A stretch of DNA of 64,000 bases, taken from positions 384,001 through 448,000 of the forward strand of contig CAXVYR010000004.1 of NCBI GenBank assembly GCA_963666975.2, given 5' to 3'. This document shows positions 20,728-28,743 of this stretch, in pieces; position 1 is the stretch's first letter, and every line of letters starts with the position of its first letter. Made by a program: the position numbers and the translations under genes. Origin of the DNA: Terriglobia bacterium. GTDB lineage: Bacteria > Acidobacteriota > Terriglobia > 2-12-FULL-54-10. The notes beneath the pieces were generated by a model. The model made no database searches. It was not told the DNA's origin and saw only the letters and a program-made list of their open reading frames with translations.

Positions 20728-21866
20728 GGCAGCGGGTACTCCTGCACGTCACCCTGGACCGGCTGGCCGGGAGCCAGCCGCTCGTTGCCCCGGGTAATCA
20801 CTTTCTGTCCGGGCTGGACAGGGCCACGGACCTCCACCCAGGAACCCGCGCCCTGGCCGGTTTCAACCGGAACCAGGCCGGACGTATTGTCTCCGTTCAT
20901 CACATAGACGAATTCCTGCGGGCCGCGGCGAATCACAGCGTCTTTGGGCACCACCGTGGCAAGGTGGGACTCGCTGGCCTGAAAGGAAACCTGGGCCAGC
21001 ATCCCCACACCGATGCGGCCCTCTGGGTTCGGAATGGCCACCTTGAGCGGAAAGGTGCGGGCCTGGAGATCCGCACGGGGAATGATGGCGGTAATCCTGC
21101 CACGGACCTCGACGCCCGGAAGCGATTCAAAACGGACGGCGGCTGGAGCGCCTACAGTCAGGTTGCGGAAGTCGTGCTCCGGCACCTCGACCCTCACTTC
21201 GAGTTCTCTCATGGACAGAATTTCCACCACCGGGCCACCCACGCCCAGCCACTCGCCCACCTCGGTTCTCTCCGCCGTCACCACGCCTGCAAAGGGAGCG
21301 CGGGTGGTGGACCGGGCAATGTCGTCGTTGATACGGGCCATCTCTGCGGTGAGTTGCTCAATACGTCCCTGCCAGGCATTCGACTCGTAGAGGCGGTCGT
21401 CGTATTGCTCGCGCGGGATCACCTTGCCTTCCAGCAACTCGGCGGCACGCTCCAGGTTGACCTTAGCCTGCTGCTGACGTGCATTCGCCTCCTTGAGCTG
21501 GGCCTGGATGGCGTCGCGTTGCAACTCCCGGTTGGTGACGCGCAAACGAGCCAAAGGCTGGTCCTTGCTCACCGTATCTCCCTCGTGCGCCAGGAACTCC
21601 ACCACCAGCCCTGCCACTTCGCTGGCCACCATGCTGACGGTTTTCGACTCCACTGTTCCCGGCAACCGGATAGTGCGCTGCACCAAGTGCTGGCGGGCTT
21701 CCGTGTAGCGCACCAGCGCGGGCGGCATGCCTCCCGGACCTTGCGCCCAGCCCGGCGCCCAATTTGGAACAGTCAGCAACAGAAACGCCGTGAGCGGCAG
21801 TAACAGTACACGAACGTGGATTGTCCTTAGCGTCATCAATTCAAACCTTCTTCCCTGTGTCAACAC
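20724..21866 (-). CDS. RND efflux periplasmic adaptor (MFP) subunit
   Basis: ASEVAGLV, alpha-hairpin, RAPFAGVV, VVPKDAV; overlaps the permease start. Confidence 0.92.
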   Translation of the reverse strand: MLTQGRRFELMTLRTIHVRVLLLPLTAFLLLTVPNWAPGWAQGPGGMPPALVRYTEARQHLVQRTIRLPGTVESKTVSMVASEVAGLVVEFLAHEGDTVSKDQPLARLRVTNRELQRDAIQAQLKEANARQQQAKVNLERAAELLEGKVIPREQYDDRLYESNAWQGRIEQLTAEMARINDDIARSTTRAPFAGVVTAERTEVGEWLGVGGPVVEILSMRELEVRVEVPEHDFRNLTVGAPAAVRFESLPGVEVRGRITAIIPRADLQARTFPLKVAIPNPEGRIGVGMLAQVSFQASESHLATVVPKDAVIRRGPQEFVYVMNGDNTSGLVPVETGQGAGSWVEVRGPVQPGQKVITRGNERLAPGQPVQGDVQEYPLP

Positions 21867-21936
21867 TGACCGATATCGCTCTTCTATAATAATCTAAATA
21901 TGTGACCGGCTCCCATTTTGTTGATCCGCTCCCTGG

Positions 21937-23136
21937 TCAAACCGGTTTGATCTTGCCGCCTGCTTCGATTCGGAAACGTTCCCCGCGCCAGACCACATGG
22001 TTCCCCATAAAGCTCGTGATCCATACACTCAATGCCACCAGGTCGCGAAGGAGAAGCAGCCAAAAGAATTTCCGAATCACGCGGTCCCGGCAAACCAAGA
22101 TACCGGATGCCCATGCGGCTAGAAAGCGTGAGGCCAGCGTTCCGGCCAAAACCGCTTGCGCCAGGAACGAGTCTGGATGGAAGAGCAGGGCCACGAGAGC
22201 GAGCGGAACGCCGAACGTCAGCAGCAGTGCCGGATAACCACGGGGGCTGGAAAAACGGATGGTGCGGGCCCAGCGCAATTGGTGCCGAAACATCTCGAAG
22301 AAAGAACGACGGGGGACCGTCGTATCCACTACGGTGCCGGAGAGATGAACGAGATAGCCAGCCGCAGCAATTTTGTTCCCCAGAATGTAATCATCGGCCA
22401 GATAATCGGCCCACGGAGCAAGTCCTCCGATCTCGGCGATCTGCTTTTTGCGGGTAACCAGGGTGGCTCCCAGGGCAAACCGGACTCCTTTCACCAAGCG
22501 CGCCAGAAGCACATGCCCGGCAAAGTCGCCGCTGATGCCGAGCGCCTCCAAAATGGAGACGAGCCCGCCTGCGGGAACGCCGCGGTAGAGACAGGTCACC
22601 AGGCCGGTTCGCGGGTCACGCAACGGCAGCACCACCTGCCGCAGGTAATCGCTCTCCACGCTGATGCCGGAATCGTTCATCAAGACGATTTCATGTGCGG
22701 CTTGCTCCAGCATCCGTTCGAGCTTGTTAATTTTTGGATTGGCACGTTTCCGATGAGCACTCCCGTCATCTTCCATTTCCATTTCCATCGTCACCGTCAC
22801 CACTTTTACGGGCACATGGGGGAAATCCCGGCGCAACTGGGCGATAGTCCACTGGGCGGGATCTTTCAAACCACTGACGCCGAAGACGATCTCGTAATGA
22901 GGATAGTCCTGCCGGAAATGGCTCGCCAGACTGCGATAAAATTCCTGCTCGATGCCATGAACCGGCTTCAGGATGGAGACCGGCGGCGCGAAATCGGATG
23001 CCTCTTCCTCCTCCGGCTGGAATCGGAATTGCAAAGCGGCGCAGAACACCGCCAGGTGGTACAAGCATGAGCAGACGGCGAGGATCACGGGAAGATGGAA
23101 CAGAAAGACGGCGGCGATGAAGGAGAGGAAAACCAA
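21937..23136 (-). CDS. hpnI: HpnI / ceramide-glucosyltransferase family glycosyltransferase
   Basis: PPVSILKPVHG, QDYP, NPKINKL, YLADDYILG, HQLRWART; follows EamA and hpnJ remnant; start codon uncertain (TTG). Confidence 0.85.
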   Translation of the reverse strand: MVFLSFIAAVFLFHLPVILAVCSCLYHLAVFCAALQFRFQPEEEEASDFAPPVSILKPVHGIEQEFYRSLASHFRQDYPHYEIVFGVSGLKDPAQWTIAQLRRDFPHVPVKVVTVTMEMEMEDDGSAHRKRANPKINKLERMLEQAAHEIVLMNDSGISVESDYLRQVVLPLRDPRTGLVTCLYRGVPAGGLVSILEALGISGDFAGHVLLARLVKGVRFALGATLVTRKKQIAEIGGLAPWADYLADDYILGNKIAAAGYLVHLSGTVVDTTVPRRSFFEMFRHQLRWARTIRFSSPRGYPALLLTFGVPLALVALLFHPDSFLAQAVLAGTLASRFLAAWASGILVCRDRVIRKFFWLLLLRDLVALSVWITSFMGNHVVWRGERFRIEAGGKIKPV

Positions 23137-23158
23137 GAAAATTGCGCAGCGAACGGTT

Positions 23159-23524
23159 TCAAAGCGAAATCAAGGCGACACCCAGGCAAACGCACAGGGC
23201 TCCCGCCCAGCGTGTGCGGGTGACCTTTTCGCTCAGCAGATATTTAGCAGCCAGCGTCTCGACAACGTAACTGGCTGCCGTAGCCGGCACGACCCAACTC
23301 AGGTCCGCGCGGACCAGCAAAACCAGAAAACTGAAAAAAGCCACCGTCATATATAGGATGCCGCGCCAGATCAAACGGTTTCGCACAACCTTGCCGGCAA
23401 CGGCAAGCAGAATCGCAGCCCGGAAACCGGATATCTCACCCACCGCCTTCATGCCACGGGTCAGGCTGACATCCCCGGCGGCTCCGGCCAGTATGACCAC
23501 GGCCAATAATATGAAATCAATCAA
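23159..23524 (-). CDS. Small EamA/DMT-family transporter (hopanoid-cluster type)
   Basis: ADLSWVVPATA...EKVTRTRWAG; TTG start at 23524 preceded by AGGAGAG and overlapping the stop of the upstream remnant. Confidence 0.8.
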   Translation of the reverse strand: MIDFILLAVVILAGAAGDVSLTRGMKAVGEISGFRAAILLAVAGKVVRNRLIWRGILYMTVAFFSFLVLLVRADLSWVVPATAASYVVETLAAKYLLSEKVTRTRWAGALCVCLGVALISL

Positions 23525-23639
23525 CGCTGCGCTCTCCTGGTTCCGGCGCGGTGGGGGAAGAGTAGGTTCGCGCAACCATCCAAGTGCCCGCCACAATCAG
23601 CAACGTCCCGGCCCAACGAGCGGGCGAGATGGTCTCACG
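23517..23639 (-). pseudogene. C-terminal remnant of a second EamA/DMT gene
   Basis: RETISPARWAGTLLIVAGTWMVART...VD*, parallel to EKVTRTRWAGALCVCLG of the intact neighbour; N-terminal part is missing. Confidence 0.75.
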
Positions 23640-23739
23640 GATGCAGCAGGAACGGAACGTTGTACTTGGTGATGTCCAGGTCGCGCTTATAGATGTCGGT
23701 CACGAAGGGCAGCGAGTCCAGATCCTGGATGGCCGGCTG
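23635..23739 (-). pseudogene. hpnJ: Internal fragment of hopanoid radical-SAM gene hpnJ
   Basis: QPAIQDLDSLPFVTDIYKRDLDITKYNVPFLLHP*, the segment that precedes the RGCxxxCxxC motif in HpnJ. Confidence 0.8.
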
Positions 23740-23741
23740 AC

Positions 23742-24101
23742 TTAAGATGTCCCCGCCTGCTTCTCGGCTAGTTCCCCAATCACGGGCAGCTTGAACCACT
23801 CGTTCTTGTAAGCCTTATAGGCGCAGACGATCGCCGCAACGATGGCCGCAAACGGCAAGAGCAGCAAGATGAACCAACCCAGAATGGGAATCATAGTCAA
23901 GATGATGCTGAGGGCAAACCACGCGAGTCCCAGGAACAAGGCCTGAAAGGAGTGGAAGCGGATAAAACGGTCCTTATTGTAGGGTTCCATCACCAGCCAA
24001 AGAATGGCTGGTATCCAGAGTAAATAGGCGAGCAAGGCGGCTACGTTGGGGCTGAGCCCGCCGCTTGACCCGGTCGAAGGCGCTTGCGGCGTTTGTTCCA
24101 T
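23742..24101 (-). CDS. DUF4870-like membrane protein
   Basis: GLSPNVAALLAY, FIRFHSFQA, FKLPVIG; GGAGG RBS before ATG 24101. Confidence 0.82.
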   Translation of the reverse strand: MEQTPQAPSTGSSGGLSPNVAALLAYLLWIPAILWLVMEPYNKDRFIRFHSFQALFLGLAWFALSIILTMIPILGWFILLLLPFAAIVAAIVCAYKAYKNEWFKLPVIGELAEKQAGTS

Positions 24102-24344
24102 GCAACATCCTCCGTTTTTGAAGTCAGCTTTCCGCACGATCATGCACCTATCGTTTTTTTTTTTAACCCTCAAAACAAGCCCAGAGGCTCTTAGGGGCAT
24201 GGGTAAGCCTTCCAGGATGGCTAAAACGCCTGAGGTAACGGCCTCTGTGTGCAAATTCGGAAAAGTGCTGGAAGCAGATTTTTTTACACGTCTTTTTACG
24301 AGGTCGGGTGTATGATTCCCGGGATAGGCAGGAAAGAGGCCGAG

Positions 24345-24509
24345 ATGGGTAAGGTTGTTGCAGCAACCATGCTTGGCGCAGGGCTTATTGGTCTATTCGT
24401 ATTGCTGGCGAATATCTGGTGTTCGCAGATGATGGACTGTGGGCCTGTGAGGGCGAAGGATTCCGCATGTATATTCAAATATTTTGAAGGTCGCTGCGTA
24501 TCTCGATAG
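24345..24509 (+). CDS. Possible small membrane peptide
   Basis: AGGAAAGAGG upstream of ATG; hydrophobic N-terminus; no family recognised. Confidence 0.3.
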   Translation: MGKVVAATMLGAGLIGLFVLLANIWCSQMMDCGPVRAKDSACIFKYFEGRCVSR

Positions 24510-24652
24510 CGGCTCCCCTTCCGGCCGGCGGTTCTGACCCATCCCATTTTCTCTTACCCCCAGGATTCTGGCCCCGACATTTTGTCACCTCACCTGGTTC
24601 CTAAGAGTCAAAAAGCTCTCTAGAAAAAAATGGACTTGTAGTACGATAGCGA

Positions 24653-25069
24653 ATGAAAGCTGCGGGATTAGGAGCAGCCGAAAAAATCCTTTCCCGAGGG
24701 TCGCTTTTGCCAGCCGGAGAACCAGACACCAAGCCCGACCAGGGAGAGGAGCAGCGAAAGAGTCAGCGAGCCTTTTTGTTAGTCCAGGTAGAGATTGGAA
24801 ACACCGGGGACTTCAGTATTGGGCGAGGGGAAAACATCAGCGAGGGCGGGTTGCTGGTGTTCACCCACAATACTTTCGAACCCAATACCGAGACCATAAC
24901 CCGCTTTAACCTTCCTTCTACTCCTCGGGAGTGCCACATCGAGTGCCCCGGTGTGGTTGTCCGTGTCCAACCTGGAGCCCATATGGGCGTCGAATTTCTT
25001 CACCTGAAAGACGAAGACCGTAAAGCCATCGCTGAGTTTATCCAAGCGACTTTAGCAGGCGACAAATAG
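24653..25069 (+). CDS. PilZ-domain (c-di-GMP-binding) protein
   Basis: EQRKSQR (RxxxR), NISEGG (D/NxSxxG), MGVEF. Confidence 0.85.
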   Translation: MKAAGLGAAEKILSRGSLLPAGEPDTKPDQGEEQRKSQRAFLLVQVEIGNTGDFSIGRGENISEGGLLVFTHNTFEPNTETITRFNLPSTPRECHIECPGVVVRVQPGAHMGVEFLHLKDEDRKAIAEFIQATLAGDK

Positions 25070-25187
25070 TTCAAATCCGAAAAAGCCCCTGATAGCCCCC
25101 TTCCCCAAACCCCGTCAAACTTTTTTGTTAGAAGGTCCGGTTCTTAGGAGGTTGTTGAAAAACGGGTGTATGGGTTCGCTAGCTAAT

Positions 25188-25258
25188 CCCTCGGCTTCGC
25201 TCCCTTCGGCTATGCTCCCTTCGGCTTCGCTCAGGGCAGGCAGGGCAGGCGGGACAGG
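25188..25258. repeat. Three nested ~24-bp REP-like hairpin units
   Basis: CCCTCGGCTTCGCT[CCCTTCGGCTATGCT[CCCTTCGGCTTCGCTCAGGGCAGG]CAGGGCAGG]CGGGACAGG. Confidence 0.8.
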
Positions 25259-25411
25259 CGCGCGCGGCTCGGTCGGTGCAGCCAAATCAGCACGCCAATT
25301 CCGAGCCGCGACCGCCCTGCCCTCCCATATATTTTCCATAGCGCTACACCAATTCCGGAATTCTGCTTTCCCTCAGAACAGAACCCCCTATGACTATATC
25401 GCATAGAATTT

Positions 25412-25427
25412 TGGCACATTTTCTGCA
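25412..25427 (+). promoter_or_regulatory. Sigma-54 (-24/-12) promoter candidate
   Basis: TGGCACATTTTCTGCA with GG-N10-GC spacing. Confidence 0.55.
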
Positions 25428-25905
25428 CAGCCCATGGACCCGTTCTGTCTTCGGGTGAGTGCGGACCGGCGCACCTGGGAAGTCACGAACACGCCGAGTG
25501 TGACCTGCCCGCGTGGGGGCCCGGGATATAGCCGATGCGTTTCAGATGTCCGGTAAACCTCTTCTTAACGAGGTCTATGCGAGTCGTCTACTTGATTCCC
25601 AGAACGTGTCTGGGCCCTGCAAACGTGGTATGCTTATTTTGCGCTTAATCCCGCGGTGTGTAATGCGGTTGCTCCGGTTCGTTTTGTGATCTGAGGATTT
25701 CCGCCTTCAATATTCCTCCGTAAGTTTTACGCGTAATTCCAAATAAGATTGGCCATAGCCGAAGCTATACTTGTTCCAGATTGGTTCATTCGCTCCGACG
25801 AAATCGGCTAGAGAAGATCAGAGGCAAGACGGTGCGGAAATTTTCAAATTTCCCGATTTCCGCACGGATGGAGGATCCTCTCTCAAAAAGGAGAGGCAAA
25901 TTATT

Positions 25906-27543
25906 ATGCTCTCGGTGAACAATATTTCCATGCGCTATGGCGCAACACTTCTATTCGAGGATGTTACCTGTACGTTTTTCGCTGGCCGTCGCTACGCGAT
26001 TACCGGACCGAATGGCGCCGGCAAATCGACTTTTATGAAAATCCTGACCGGCGAGATCGAGCCTTCCAAGGGTTCGATCACCCGGCCGAAGAAGCTTGGC
26101 GTTCTGCGTCAGGACCAATTTGCCTTCGACGAGTTACGCGTGATCGACGCCGTCATCATGGGCAACGCTCCACTTTGGAATGCCCTCGAGGCGCGGGACG
26201 CGCTGTACGCCAAACCCCACGAGTCGCTGACGGATGAAGATGGGATGCGTCTGGGCGAGCTCGAAGGCATCGTTGGCGAAGAAGGAGGGTATACGGCGGA
26301 GTCCGATGCCGCGGTGCTTCTCGACGGGTTGGGAGTGGAAGATGCGCTGCATGAGCGCAATATGGGCGAACTGCAGGGCGGCCAAAAAGTTCGCATCCTG
26401 CTGGCGCAGGCGCTGTTCGGCAACCCGCCGGCATTGCTGTTGGACGAGCCTACCAACCACCTCGATCTCGATTCGGTGCACTGGTTGCAGAACTATCTGG
26501 GCAACTACGAAGGGGTGCTGATCGTGATCTCGCACGACCGCCACTTTCTGAACAGCGTATGCACGCACGCGGCCGATATCGACTATGAAACGATCATCAT
26601 GTATACGGGCGGATACGACGACATGGTGGTCGCCAAGTCGCAAATCCGCTCCCGTATCGAAGCGGGGAACGCCCAGCGCGAAAAGAAGATCGCACAGTTG
26701 AATGAGTTCATCGCGCGCTTTTCGGCCGGCACGCGTTCGTCGCAGGTGACCTCGCGAAAGAAGGAAGTCGAGCGGTTGCAAACTGCGGAACTGGCTAGGT
26801 CCAACATCCAGCGGCCGTACATTCGGTTCGACATGAAGCGGCCTTCCGGGCGCCATCCGCTGCAGATCGAGGAGCTTCAAAAATCTTACGGGGATCTTAA
26901 GGTGATCCAGGCTTTCAAGGCCAGTGTGGCCCGCGGGGAAAAAATTGCCCTCATTGGCCGGAATGGTTCGGGCAAGTCCACTTTGCTGAAATCGCTCCTG
27001 AGCAACACGACCGGATTCATTGACAACTCCGAAAGGCAATTCGCGATTGATGGCGGCACGGTGGTCTGGGGGCACGAAGTGGCGGTGGGCTACTTTGCGC
27101 AAGATCACACCGATTCCATCATGAAGGGTACGACGGCTATCGAGTGGCTGCGCCGGTTTGATCCGCAGGCGTCGCAGGAGGAACTGCGCGGTCTGATGGG
27201 CCGGATGCTGTTCAGCGGCGACGACGCTCTGAAACCCACGGACGCGCTTTCGGGCGGTGAGTCGGCGCGGCTGATCTTCTGCCGGCTGATGTTACAGAAG
27301 CCGAATCTCCTGGTGCTCGACGAGCCGACCAATCACCTGGACCTGGAAGCCATCAATGCGCTCAACATCGCCTTGCAGCGTTACGAAGGGACCGTCCTGC
27401 TGGTAACGCACGACCACGACGTCATCGACGAAGTTGCCACCAGGATCTGGCATTTCGAAGGCGGGCACATTGAAGACTTCCAGGGTGGGTACGCGGACTA
27501 TTTGGCGTATGTGCAAGAAAAGGCGCTGCTGTCTACTCGCTGA
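25906..27543 (+). CDS. ABC-F family ATPase (YbiT-like ribosome-associated)
   Basis: Two ABC domains (GPNGAGKST, GRNGSGKST, LDEPTNHLD twice), no TM segments; AGGAG RBS before ATG 25906. Confidence 0.93.
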   Translation: MLSVNNISMRYGATLLFEDVTCTFFAGRRYAITGPNGAGKSTFMKILTGEIEPSKGSITRPKKLGVLRQDQFAFDELRVIDAVIMGNAPLWNALEARDALYAKPHESLTDEDGMRLGELEGIVGEEGGYTAESDAAVLLDGLGVEDALHERNMGELQGGQKVRILLAQALFGNPPALLLDEPTNHLDLDSVHWLQNYLGNYEGVLIVISHDRHFLNSVCTHAADIDYETIIMYTGGYDDMVVAKSQIRSRIEAGNAQREKKIAQLNEFIARFSAGTRSSQVTSRKKEVERLQTAELARSNIQRPYIRFDMKRPSGRHPLQIEELQKSYGDLKVIQAFKASVARGEKIALIGRNGSGKSTLLKSLLSNTTGFIDNSERQFAIDGGTVVWGHEVAVGYFAQDHTDSIMKGTTAIEWLRRFDPQASQEELRGLMGRMLFSGDDALKPTDALSGGESARLIFCRLMLQKPNLLVLDEPTNHLDLEAINALNIALQRYEGTVLLVTHDHDVIDEVATRIWHFEGGHIEDFQGGYADYLAYVQEKALLSTR

Positions 27544-27612
27544 TCGGAACTCCTTTTATACAGCTCGTCCAGCCGCAGATCTCGAGGCCCAAGCCCATTG
27601 CTTGAAAGGAAT

Positions 27613-27686
27613 TGGCTGGGGCGCCAGGATTCGAACCTGGGTGCCATGCTCCAAAGGCATGTGACTTACCACTAGTCGACGCCCCA
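27613..27686 (-). tRNA. tRNA-Gln(UUG)
   Basis: TGGGGCGTCGACTAGTGGTAAGTC...CTTTGGA...GGTTCGAATCC...GCCCCAGCCA; directly after ispE. Confidence 0.96.
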
Positions 27687-27687
27687 A

Positions 27688-28614
27688 CTATTTTGCGGTA
27701 ATGATTCCCGGCAGCGGGTTTTGGAATTCCCGGCGGGATACAGTCCGCGTCACGAAGACATCTGCGCCGGGCCGTCGCAGCCTTCGTGCCGCTGTTTGTG
27801 CCTGGGAATAGTCTTCAAAAACGCCGAAAACCACGGAGCCGCTGCCCGTAAGCGAAGCCGTAACGGCCCCGGAGCGCAAAAGCGATCGCTTCACTGCGGC
27901 CAGACCGCGAAACACCGAAAAAACAACCGGCTCAAAATCGTTTTCGAGCCGATTCCATACTGCTTTGTTGACCGAGCCACAAAACATCTCTATGGTATGG
28001 CGCGTGGCAGGGGATGTCAACAACGGCGCGCGCAGCCTCCGAAAGGCCGTGGCAGTGTCCATGCTCCTTCCGGGATACAACAGCACGCAGTAGCGGCGGG
28101 ATTCTTCCTGGAGCGGGTACACTTCCTCACCGCGCCCAATTCCGAGCGCCCTCCCTCCCAAGAGAAAGAACGGGACATCCGAGCCCAAGCTCGCAGCCAG
28201 AGCGAGCAACCGGTCCGCCGGCATCTTCTTCCCGGCCAGATGGAGAACGGCCCGTATGACGGCTGCCGCGTCACTGCTGCCGCCGCCCAATCCGCCGCCG
28301 GACGGGATTCGCTTCCGCAGGAAAACAGTAACTTTGCGGCGGAGATTCAGCTCCTGCAAAACCGCCTCGGCTGCGCGCACCGCAAGATTTTGCCTCCCCG
28401 GCGGCACCTCGATTCCAGCAGTTTCCAGGCTGACGGCGGGCGGACCGGCTGCGAGACGGACTTCCAAGTGATCGGCTAGAGAAATAGTCTGGTAGATGGT
28501 GCGCAACTCATGAAAGCCATCCTTCCGGCGTCCAATGACACGCAACCCCAGATTGATTTTTGCGTATGCCTTCAGGGCAACAGACCTTCTGCTCCTCAAT
28601 TTGCGCTGCTCCAT
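27688..28614 (-). CDS. ispE: 4-diphosphocytidyl-2-C-methyl-D-erythritol kinase
   Basis: AKINLGL, GFHEL, KRIPSGGGLGGGSSDAA, LGSDVPFF, LTGSGS. Confidence 0.96.
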   Translation of the reverse strand: MEQRKLRSRRSVALKAYAKINLGLRVIGRRKDGFHELRTIYQTISLADHLEVRLAAGPPAVSLETAGIEVPPGRQNLAVRAAEAVLQELNLRRKVTVFLRKRIPSGGGLGGGSSDAAAVIRAVLHLAGKKMPADRLLALAASLGSDVPFFLLGGRALGIGRGEEVYPLQEESRRYCVLLYPGRSMDTATAFRRLRAPLLTSPATRHTIEMFCGSVNKAVWNRLENDFEPVVFSVFRGLAAVKRSLLRSGAVTASLTGSGSVVFGVFEDYSQAQTAARRLRRPGADVFVTRTVSRREFQNPLPGIITAK

Positions 28615-28743
28615 AATTTGCGCTACTCCACAGGACGACGAAACGGGTCCGGCGCTAGAGAGGCCGGAACGGCGACCCTTTTCGCAGGAAAAGATTTCTC
28701 GTGGGGATAATGGCTTGGAGGCAATGCCCGGACGACAAGAAGG

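Noticed and set aside
23635-23637. TGA ending the hpnJ fragment as a possible Sec codon
   Set aside because: It is not at a Cys position, and the downstream frame does not continue as HpnJ; it is a deletion junction.
25148-25345. AGGTTGTTGAAAA...TTTTCCATAGCGC as MITE terminal repeats around the nested REP
   Set aside because: Only about 8/13 match and no clear target duplication; not supportable.
25115-25406. ORFs containing ALSEAEG / LPSASLRAG repeats
   Set aside because: Translations of the nested REP-like repeat, not proteins.
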